Below, piece by piece: positions 50,401-62,400 of a stretch of 64,000 nt of DNA. A program made the position numbers and the translations under genes. The notes under the pieces were generated by a model. That model ran no database searches. It saw only the letters and a program-made list of their open reading frames with translations, and was not told the DNA's origin. Origin of the DNA: Chiloscyllium plagiosum (Eukaryota); contig NC_057713.1 in the NCBI RefSeq assembly GCF_004010195.1, forward strand, positions 89,049,770 to 89,113,769. Reading direction: 5' to 3'. Numbering within the stretch: position 1 is the stretch's first letter; each line of letters opens with the position of its first letter.

Positions 50401-53400
50401 ATGCTGAAGAATATGGAAGAAGTAAAGGTGAATTTTTATTTTTCTGTTCCGGGAAAGTTAATATTCATGTTGTAGCTGTTCTTGAAAATAATGAAATATT
50501 GATGTCTGTTTTCAAATAGGAAGTAAAAGTATTAAATTTATCCAATATATTCTCATGTCATTTTAAAAGCTGAACGTATTTATTATTTGGACAGCCTTAA
50601 CTATTTGCTCTCAAAATATATCTAAGGTTATAAATGTAAATAACTTTTTAGTTTGTTGAATTTATGTTTATATTAAAGATGTAGGATACAAAGCAAAATA
50701 TCACAGGCCACTTCCATCTAATTTTAATTATACAGATAAAAAACACAAAAATAGAACTTTTGGAAGAGGCACTTAAACATGCCCAAGATGAGAATGCTGA
50801 TAGTGTTCAGCAGAAGAGGTTTCTTGATCAACATTTGAGCCAAGTTCAAACTGAGTATGCAGACTTCAGGAAAAGAATTATGGTCCTCGAGGAGCAGAAG
50901 AGAAATGTTGAATTGGACCGTGATACCATCAAGCAGAGGGAGGACTCGTACCTTCTCCAAATAAAAGAAATCCATGAGAAGATTACAAAATTGACACTTG
51001 AAATTGATGAGGAAAGAAGGAAGAGAAAAGCAGCTGAAAATTGGTATGATCAGCAAAAGAATGAACATGACAGTGCTTTCCGAATTAAACAAAAGGAACT
51101 GGATGAAATAGTGCTGATAAAATTGGAGATTGAGAAATCAATCAAAGACAAAGAGAGAGAGCTAGAAAAGCTTAAGAATGCATTTCAGGAAGAGTCTTTA
51201 AAAAGGAGACAGTTTGAAAGTGAACTAGATGAGCTTAGGGTCAAGTATGAGCAGGAAAACAGGATCTTAAAGTCACGGGTTGAAAGAGAGGTTCATGAGA
51301 GAGAAACTATAGTTGAAAGGTTAACTATAAAAAAGGAAGATGATATTGCAACTTTGAAAATTCAATTGGAGAAAGCTCTGAATGAGAAACGGAATCTCAT
51401 GGAAGAAATAGAACGATTAAGAAGCTCTATCAGAGAAACTGAATTCAATAGAAAAAAGGCAGAAAAGGATTCTTTGCAGCAGAAGTCAGCTTGTATTGAG
51501 GAATCTAGGAGGAGAGAGGAACTTGAAAGAGAATTTCAAACACTCACAAAACTTAAAACTGACGAAACACTGAGGCTTAAATCACTTCAGCAGGATACCT
51601 CCAAGGCTATCCAAGACAAAGGAAAGGAGATTGAAAAGCTAAGAATTTTATTAGAGGAAGAAGTCAATAAACGGAAACATTTAGAAAATGAAAATGATAA
51701 ATTAAAACAACAGCAAATTGATTTTCAGAAGAAGGACACAGAAAAACTTACCAAACTTAAAACTACAGAACAAGAGATTACAGTCATAAAGGTAGAACGT
51801 GAGAAAGTATCCAGAGAAAGATCTAAGTTGCAACAAGAGGTTGAACGTTTGCAAAACAATATAAGGGAAGCAAACAATGCCAAATATAAGATTGATGAAG
51901 AACTAATACAATTAAGAAGGAACGTACTTGAAGAATCATCAAAGCGAAAGAGGGCTGAGGAAGAGGCTGAGTGCCTTGAACAAAAATGCAAGGATCATAC
52001 ATTCTCAATTACTCAGCTCACAGAACAAATTAATCATATCTCAATCATGAAGAAAAAAGTTGAAGATGATCTTTCCAAACAGCAGAAAGCTTTTGACCAG
52101 CAGCTGAAAGAGAAGAATATTAGCACAGGAGAATTGAATAGACTGTATGCTGATGTTGAAACATTGCGTCGCCAGTTGAGTCAAGAGCAAGAAAGTACAA
52201 GACAGGCTTGTCAGAGATATGAACATGTCCAAAAAACTAGTGAAGAAAAAACCAAGGCTTTGAATGAGAGTCTAAGTGAAATAGACAGACTGCGTTCGGT
52301 TGTCGAGAACCTCACAAAAGAACGACTGAAGCTGGAAGAAGAGTTGAGAAGTTTGAAGTCAAATTTTGATGATTTTAAGAGATTCAGAGATGATGCAGAA
52401 GGTGATAAATCAAGAACCATCTCTGAATTGAGGCAGCAACTTGAACTAACATACAAAAGAACCACTGACCTTCAAGGGCTAATTAATGAGTTAAAGAATG
52501 AAAGGGAAAAATTGAGACTGGAAGTTGAAACATTCCAAAAGCAGGCTCTAGAGGTACATGCAAGTTTTACTGTTTTATCATGTGAAGTATTTTCTATTAG
52601 TCTTATTAACAGTGTTTACTGTGTTTTTAAAGAAAATGTCAAAGCTAATGTCATTCACTTCTTTGCAGTATTTCAGATATTCTTAGTTGGGTATTCTTAA
52701 TTGTGGGAGAAAGTGAGGACTGCAGATGCTGGAGATCAGAGCTGAAAATGTGTTGCTGGAAAAGCGCAGCAGGTCAGGCAGCATCCAAGGAGCAGGTGAA
52801 TCGACGTTTCGAAGAAGGGCTCATGCCCAAAACCTCGATTCTCCTGCTCCTTGGATGCTGTCTGACCTGCTGCGCTTTTCCAGCAACATATTTTCTACCC
52901 ATAATTGTGGACATGAATTGAAGCAGAATTTCTGAAGTTCCCTAATCTAACATGAGTGATTGATAAAATGGCTGCATATATAATTCCCCCGTGGTTTCCA
53001 TTAAAATTACTAGAGACAATGACTGACTTTCTACAGTAGTTATTGCTACTTACTTCCAAGCTTAGAGGATAATGGAAAATACAGAGGTTAACATTTTGTT
53101 TCAGATCTTAAAAATTGCATTAAGGCAATTGCGAATTAACTTCAACATTATGTGTAGGGATTTGTTATAAATTTGATTATTTCACAAATGTTGATCCATA
53201 TGTCAGCAAAATGCAATTTTAAAACCAGTCAAGTGAATTTAAATGCTATATCTGAACAAATGCTGTTATTTGGGCAGAAAATCATCAAAACCTTCAGGGA
53301 ATTAGCACAACTAATGCTGTTCAATTCAGTTGGATTCAGATGATCTATTTCCAAGGTTTCAATGAGATTGGAGACTCCCACCAAAATGATCAGATTCCAG

Positions 53401-56400
53401 GAATAACTACATTTATATAAATAAAACATTTACGTCATATCTTCTGAGAATATTTTGAGCACGAGTGACATTGTGATATAAGTCCTATGATTCTATCTGT
53501 CTCAAAAACAAACAAAGCTGTTAGCTTCATGTAGAAGAGTAAGAGTTCCCTTCCACCACCTTGATTTGTAAAAAATATTGATGTTTGATTGTTGGTGGTG
53601 GGCCAAAAATAGAATTCTAACAGCTCAGCAATATGTAACAAGAGTAAGACCTTCTTGAGGGTAGCCATTGTCTTTTCTAATGGTGCCCGTGAATAAAAAG
53701 AAAATCTTTGCAAATTTACACTTCCCTTGCCAATGTCGTGAATAGAATTAACTATGAATGTTTCTTACCAAGAAGTGAGTTCTTATCCGTGCTGTGGCCA
53801 ACAGATACCCTTTAATTGAAGTTACTTTTCAAACTCTGATGTCAGGTCAGTACCTCTGTGCTGTTTGTTCTGTGAAAATTGACTGCAGCTCTTTGTGTTG
53901 TAGCGGTGACCACACTTCAAAAGCAGTTTTAATGTCTGCAAAATGATTTGAAACATGTTGAGATCATGAAAGATGCTATAACAAATGGAAATGTTTTATT
54001 TCTTTACAATTTGAAGGTTGATCCTCTTGTTCTTTAAATTGCTCATTTTCTGCTACTAAAACCACTTTTTATCATTTTGAGATAGAGAAATGTTAAGGAC
54101 TTCTATTATTTGCTCCTTGTCCTGATCCTTTACTGACCTAACTGTGTGCAAGATTGTTTGTTCTTAAGATTATTACATATTCTAATTGTTTCATGTCATG
54201 TACTGGCTTTTTTTCTTACCCTTTATCCTTGTGGCTTAATGTTTTTAAAACTTTCTCATGAAAGAAGTCTATGACCTGCATAAATGAAGCCTTCTCTGTG
54301 TCCACTACAAAGCTTCTTCCTTGATACTCAAGGATAAATTTATATATTCAGTAGATGTATTCAATAATATATTCAATATATTTTATTTAATTTAGACTTT
54401 TCAGTTTTGGCTAACTTCTGTAATCCTAAGTATTATTGTAGTTGGTGGAAGTTTCAAAACACTGTTTTCAAGTTGCTACCTTTGCAGTCCACCCTTAATG
54501 AATCACCACTCTCCCATCCCATCTGATCTTAAGGTACTTTGTAGCAACATTATACAACAGGATGTAATACTGAGTTTGGGTAAATTACAAAACCTTGGCC
54601 AGTGTAGTAGGCTTCAATAAATTCTTTAGAGAGGGAAACTAGGGTAGAGTGGAAAAGAAGTTTAGGGAATGCAGTTCTCGAGGTTAGGCCTTAAGCAGTT
54701 ATTGACTTGGCCACCAATAGTGGAGTGACCAACATCAGCGATGCTCAGGAGGTTAGAGGTAGAGAAGTACTGATAGTTTGAAAAATTGTAGGGTTGGAAC
54801 AATTTATAAAGGTGGAAAGGGGCAAGTCCATGGAGGTGTTTGAAAGCAAGGATAAGAATTTTAAAAGCTAAGCATTTTGTGATCGCAAGCCAGGAGTCAA
54901 TGTTAAGTTAGTCGATACACAGGTAATAGGGGAACTTGTTGCTAGTTAGGACACAAGTAGAACACAGGAGTTTTGAATCACCATGTTTACAGAGGGTGGA
55001 ACATTGAAGTCCAGCCACAAAGACATTACCATAGTAATGTCTCAAGATACTGAAAGGCATTGATGAGGGTTTTGCCAGAAACATGAACTGTGGGATGGCT
55101 GAAATTAGTTAATATTGCAGAAGTGAAAATATTCTCATTGGCATACTATACTATAGAATGGATCAGTTGAGATGGTTGCATACATTTAAAGGGATGTTTC
55201 AGAATAAAGTATGGGCCCCTGAACCCATTCTAGCAATAATACTGACAACTTGTGCTCCATGCTCTGAGCCAAGTTCAGTACAGCACTGGCATCTACCTGA
55301 CAATGAGGAGCTTTTCCCAGGTACATCCTGTACACTAAAAGCAAGACAAATCCAATCCAATTACCATCCCACACTCTCAGTTATCAGTAAGGTGAGGGAA
55401 GATGGTCATCAACAATGTTATCAAGCAGCACTTGCTTTCCAAAAACTGCTTATTGATGTTCAGTTTGGGTTGGATTCTGCCAAGGGCATTTGGCTCTAGA
55501 CCTCATTATAACCTCTGTTCAAACATGGACAAAAGCTGAACTGAATACAGCATTTGACCAAGTGTGGCATCAAGGAGCCCGAGCAAATCTGGAGTCAGTG
55601 GGAATCCAGGGGGAAACTCTCCGCTGATTGGAATTATGCAAGCACAAAGGAAGATGTTTGTGGTTGTTGGAAGCCACTCATCTCAGCTTCAGGATATCTC
55701 TGCATGAATTGCTCAGAACAGTGGCCTAGGGTCAATAATCTTCAGTTGCTTCATCAATGACCTTCCGTCCTTCATTAGGTCAGAAGTGAGGATGTTTGCT
55801 GATGCTTACACAGGGTTCAGCAACATTCACGATTTTTCTTTTACCCAAGCTGTCCAAGTCTATATTCAGAAAGATCTGGACAACATCCAGATTTAGCAGG
55901 TAACATTTGTGCCACGTAAGTGCCAACAAGATAAAACCTAGACCATTGCCATTTGACATTCATTGGAATTACCATTGCTGAATCCCAAAATCAACGTCTT
56001 GGGCATTACCATTGATCATAAACTGAACTGGACTATCATATAAATACTGTGGCTACAAGAGCAGGTGAAAGGCTCAGGATCCTGTAGCGAATAACTCCCC
56101 TCCTGAATCCCAAAGCCTGTCTACCATGTGGCATGGTGGCACAGTGGTTAGCACTGCTGCCTCACAGCACTAGAGACCTGGGTTCATTTCCCGCCTCAGG
56201 CACCTGTGTGGAGTTTGCACATTCTCCCCGTGTCTGCGTGGGTTTCCTCTGGGTGCTCCGGTTTCCTCCCACAGTCCAAAATGTGCCGGTTAGGTGAATT
56301 GGCCATGCTAAATTGCCCGTAGTGCTAGGTGAAGGGGTAAATGTAGGGAAATGGGTCTGGGTGGGTTGTTCTTCGGAGGGTCGGTGTGGACTTGTTGGGC

Positions 56401-59400
56401 CGAAGGGCCTGTTTCCATACTGTAAGTAATCTAATCTAAAACGCACAAGTCAAGTGTGCGATGGACTATTTCCTATTTGTTTAGATGGTTGCAGCTCCAG
56501 CAACACTCAGGAAATTTGACACCACAAAGCATCCCTTTTGATTGGCACTATGCCCAAAAGCAATTACTCCTTCAGCCACCGATACACATTAACAACAGTG
56601 TGTACCATCTATAAAATGCATTAGAACAATTCACCAAGCGTCCTTTGACAGTACGCACAAACCTGCAATCAGCACCACCTAAAAGGACAAGAACAACAGA
56701 TACATGGGAATACCATTCCCTATAAGTTCTGCTCCAAGACACTTACCATCTAGACTTGGAAATATATTTAGTTCAAAATCACACAATGCCAGGCAATAGT
56801 CCAACAGATTTATTTGGAAGCACTAGCTTTCAGAGCGATGCTCCTTCATCAGGTAAGTTGTGGAACAGGACTATAAGACACAGACTTTATAGCAAAAGAT
56901 TACACTATCATGCAGTTAAAATATATTAAACAGACTTAGATTAAGTCTTTCACCTTTTAGAATGGTTTTGTTAGTTTCGGTCCGAAAAGGTTAATTAAGA
57001 GGAAGAAATTAAAGTATGAGATGAAGCTTGCTGGAGTTGTAAAAACAGCAAGAGTTTCTACGGGCCTTTTTAAAATGGAAAAGAGTAAATAAAGTGAGTT
57101 TAGCTCCTTTTGTAGACTATAAGGAAATGAAACAAACAAATATCTTGATCCTATCTTCACAATAGAGGATAGGAAAAACATTCCAACATGTGGAAGGGAG
57201 AGAGGAACTTGGTGAAACTGCAATCAAAAGGGAAGTGATATGAAGCAAGCTGAAAGAGTTGTGAGCTGACTAGTCTCCAAGTCTGAATAGACTTCACCCT
57301 AGAATCTCAGAGATTGCTAATGAACTAGATGCATTGCTGTAAATTTTCAAAAAGTTCCCTCTTTTCATGAATGGTTCCTTTAGATTGGAAATTAGCAAAT
57401 ACAATCCCTTTATTCAAGAATAAACAATGGCAGCAACCAGGAAACTAAAGATAAGTTAGATTGCCATCTGTCATGCGGAATGTATAAAATTGATCATTAA
57501 AATATTTGTAGCTGCGCATTTAGAAAATCTCAAGGTAAGTGGGAGGAGTCTGCATGCTTTCATCCAAAGGAAATCCTGTCTAACCAAATTTTTTGAATAA
57601 GTAACAACATGCTGTAGATAAAACGAAACCTGGAAACATACTTTACTTGGATTTCCAGAAGGAATTGTAGTAAGATATCACATCAAAGATCATTGCAGAA
57701 AATGAAAGCTCATAGTACAGGAGTTAACTTATTGATATGTATTGAATATTGGCTGGCAGGAAATACAGTATGCACAACTGGGCTGTTAGTAAGATCATAG
57801 TGAGAGAAGTATCACAAGGCTCTGTGCTCGAGGCCAAATTACTTATAATTAACTCTGACTGTTCTTAGCTTGCTATCTATAATTGTACATAGATATCAAG
57901 ATAGGTAGGAAAGTAGGTTGTGAAGAAGAGATAAGATGGTTGTCAGAGGATACAAATAAGGTTTAGTGAGTAGGCAAAAATCGGGCAGATAATGTATAAT
58001 TTTGAAAAATGTAAAATTATTCACTCTGATAGTAGCAATGAAGAAGCAGATTATTACTGGAGAAATGGAAAGCAACTATGGAATTCTGAATTGCGGAGGG
58101 ATCGAAGTGTTCTAGAGTCACTAAAAGTTAATATGCAGGTACAGGTCAGAAGAAGACTCGTGGGATACTATCCTTTTATTATAAAACCAGTTGAACTTAA
58201 AAGTGAGGATGTCATGCTTTGTTTATATTGCTCATTGATGAGACCACACTTTGAATGCTCTTATGTGGTTTTGGTAACAAAATTGAGAGCTGTAAATGCA
58301 TTGAAGGTAATTCAGAGGAGATTCACTGGATTGATACCTCAAATGAAACTTAAAAGGATAGGTTCAACAGGCAAGGCTTGTTTCCACTGGGGTTTAGAGT
58401 GAGGACTGGCTTGATTGAGACACAAGATCCTGAATGTTCTTAACAAAGTGGACATAGAATGAAGTTTCTTCTTGTGGTAGCCCAGAACTAGGCGTCACTA
58501 TTTTCAAATGAAGGGTTGCTCCTTCAAAACAGATGAAGGGAATTTTCTTCAGAGTAGTGTTATTTTTAAAGCAGAGACAGATTTGGTTTAGGAAAGGAAA
58601 TGCTAGATTTTTGGGGGTAGATGGGAATGTAGATGTTGAAACACACACATTGCAATGAAAGAGTTTTCTTTATCATTTCGTGGAGCATGTCCTTAATTTA
58701 CTACCCCACTTGTCCCATCCAATTCTTGTTATCATTAAGGATGAAAAGGAGACACTAACAGTCATTAATGCAATTTATATATCCTGTAAGTGTATGGTGA
58801 TGTGTTTCTCTTATTGTAGAATGGGGGAACAGCAATGAAAATGACAGCTTAATAAAGTGTAGGAGGCAGTGTAAGAGAATTGATGCTATAATTGATGCTG
58901 AAAGCATTTAAAAGAGATATCCCTTGTTTCATTCTCTGCAGTATTCTTAGGCTTAATCCAATGATATGTATAACTTGTTTTCAAATCAAGTATTCACCAG
59001 GTGAATGATCATAGCTCTCTTCCTGGCCTTTTCATAAAATGTGAATTTCTCATCTTAACTTCCTTTGAGTATTGCCAAGATATATCTTTCCAAAATCCTT
59101 TCTAGCCCTTAGTTGAGTATTAGCAAGCAAACAGACCAGACTGCAAATAGACTAAATCTTTCATATGTGTGTATCATACAGCAGAAAATCACAGATTCCT
59201 AAACTGCAAAAACATGGAGTATCATATTGAATTTGATTGCCTATCTTGGAGGCAGGAAGGAATTGTCCCTGGGATTTTCATTCAACTGTCCAGTTGCATT
59301 TGAGTGATCTGTGGTGTTTGCAGGGGTGGGGGGAAGAGTTGTGTGCTTGAAATGGTGTTTCACTGCCTTCCAGATGCAGTAAGACATAGCAACAAACTCA

Positions 59401-62400
59401 GAAGGGTGGTCACATATGAAAAGACAATAGCAGTCAGCCTTGCAATGGCCCTACTTGAGTTAGTTTGTCTAAAATGGGCCCAAGTATCTCCTCTGCTTAC
59501 AATTGTTATTGAGGAAATGATGACTTAAAGATTTTTTGGAGAATTTAAATAAGAATACTCCAAGGCCTCTCTTCCCCATTCAATACAGGCTCCAGTTCTT
59601 TACAGTCTTTAAATTTGCTTAGCAATTGTTCTGATGAAGAGCTCATAATGTTGCATGTTAAAACATTTCTACTTCACTACGAAAAGTCAAGAAATTATAA
59701 TGTTAAAAATGGATAATTAAACCACAAGAGAAATATTTTTGAGATTGGTAACATAGAATAACTTAGTTTTTCATTTGAAAGATTAATCTCTGTAGCACAA
59801 ACTTTAAATTAAACAACTAGTTGGAAGAATAATATTGATATTGAGCAAACATATATATTTGGTTTAAAGTAATCATTTTAAAAATCTGTATTTTGATGAT
59901 TTCACTTTTGAAATGTGGAAAGAAATAATTATTTATCTTTTACCTTAACATTTAGGCGACTAATATGATTCAGCAGACACATTCTGCTCAAAAAGAGATT
60001 TTGCAAGAAAAGGAGTCTCTCCTACTAAAAATCAAGCTCTTAGAGCAGGATAAATCGAGACTTCAACGGTATGAAGATGATCTAAGTCGAATAAAGGCAC
60101 AACTAGAAGCTGAATCCCGCTTGAAGCAACGACTTCAGGATGAAATTGATGCAGTTAAATCTGATCTAAGTTATTGGAAGAATCAAGCAGAAATACGACA
60201 ATTAGAGAAGGGGAAAACCAGCAATGAATTTGAGCAGTTAAAAGCTGAAATTGACAGATTGAAATTGGAACTGCGAATGACCGAAGAAAGGTATAGACAG
60301 AAACTGGAGGAAAGTGAAAGAACGAAGAGATCAGAACTGGAAGCACTGCATATTAAAACTAAATTAGAAATAGAAAAACTCAGTCGAGAAGTGCCAACCT
60401 TCAACAAACAGACTCAGACAGAGAATATAGTTACAGTTGATTCATCAAAACTTCTATTTGATGGAGTCCGTAAAAAGGTCACAGCAAACCAGTTGTATGA
60501 TTGCCAACTTATTGATAAATCAACTTTAGATCAGCTGTTAAGAGGCCAGAAAACAACAATGGATGTTTCAGATGAAATTAAATTGAATCTACGTGGTTTG
60601 GAGAACATAGCTGGAGTCTACTCACAGAAAAATGGAGAAAAACTTTCAATGTCAGAAGCAACGAAAAGGAATATTCTTACTCCTGATGTGGCCTTGTCAC
60701 TTTTAGAAGCACAGGCAGCTACTGGGCATATCATTGATCCAAACAAAAACAAGAAGATGACAGTGGATGAAGCTGTGGCTGTGGGCCTTGTCGACTATAA
60801 AGACCGAGACAAACTTCTGGCAGCAGAGAAGGCTGCAACTGGGTTTAAAGACCCATTTACAGGAAAAGCTATCTCCCTGTATGAAGCAATGAAGAAAGAT
60901 ATTGTTGACCGAGAGACTGGTCTTCGTTTGTTTGCAGCACAGATTGCAGCAGGAGGGATAATTGATTCGGTGAACAGTGTATATCTGCCAAAAGAGCTTG
61001 CTTATAAAAGGGGACTGATTGATGCAGAAATGTATCAAACACTTGCCTCTCCTTTTGATGACTCAAAAATTTTTGTTGATCCAAATACAAAGACAAAAGT
61101 GTCCTATCAACAACTGAAGTTGGCCTGTAGAACAGATCCTGGAACAGACTTGCTTCTTTTGCCAGTGGAAAAGCATGAAATAATGATACCAGGGATTAGA
61201 GCAGATGTGTCAGTAGACCATCTTGTGGAAGCCAAGGTTATAGATAAAAATACAGCTGCTGCTCTTGCGCATGGAACAGTAACAGTAGAGCAAATCAGTG
61301 ACAAGTATAGGGGCTACCTGCAAGGCAGCAATAGCATTTCAGGAGTATATGTTGAAGCCACAAAGGAGAAGCTTCCAATCTACCATGCCATGAGGAAAGG
61401 CTTGCTTAGACAGGGCACAGCCCTCGAGCTTCTGGAAGCTCAGGCAGCCACAGGCTTTGTAGTTGATCCTGTCAATAACCAAAAGCTGACAGTTGAGGAT
61501 GCCGCTGCAAAAGGAATTATAGGTCAAGAATTCAAAAGCAAACTACTTTCAGCAGAAAGGGCTGTTACTGGTTATAAAGATCCAGAAACTGGGAACACCA
61601 TCTCATTGTTTCAGGCAATGAGGAAAGGCCTGATCGAGCATAGTCATGGTATTCGCTTGCTGGAAGCTCAAATTGCAACCGGAGGAATTATTGATCCAAA
61701 GCATAGCCATCGTTTGCCAGTTGATGTTGCTTACAAACGTAATTATTTTGATGAAGAATTGAATGAAATTTTGATGGATCCAGATGATGATACTAAAGGC
61801 TTCTTTGATCCCAACACAGAAGAAAATCTGACCTATCTTCAGTTAGTTGACCGGTGCATAACTGATAAATCCACAGGTCTTTGTTTGTTGCCACTGAGAG
61901 AAAAGAAAAAAGAATCCAAAACCACTAGGTCATCTGCAGTGAGAAAACGTAGAGTTGTAATTGTAGATCCTGATACAAATCAAGAAATGACAGTACGTGA
62001 AGCCTACCATAAGGATTTGATTGATTATGAGACTTTTCTAGAGCTTTCTGAACAGGAAGCAGAGTGGGAAGAAATAACAATAACGGGTTCGGATGGAACC
62101 ACAAGGACAGTTATTGTTGACAGAAAAACTGGTAATCAGTATGACATTGAAGAGTCTTTAAAGAAAGGTTTAATTGATAATAAGAGTCTTGACGCCTACC
62201 GCTCTGGAAGTATGACACTTACGCAGTTTGCAGACATGTTCACTGATAAGATTAATATCAGCACATATAATGGAAGTGCACCAAACAGTTTGACAAACCT
62301 TAATCCATGCCTATCCCCAACTATTAAAATAACATCTTTTGAATCTTTAGATGATGCCAGTCCGATTGCAGCTATATTTGATATTGAAACATTAGAAAAG

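Noticed and set aside
52554-52700. C-terminal extension VHASFTVLSCEVFS... of the 646-aa ORF
   Set aside because: Read-through into intron 23 past the GAG|gt donor; homology ends at FQKQALE.
59631-59670. ctgatgaagagctcata..., a possible further hammerhead
   Set aside because: No convincing stem II or GAAA follows; at most a decayed remnant.
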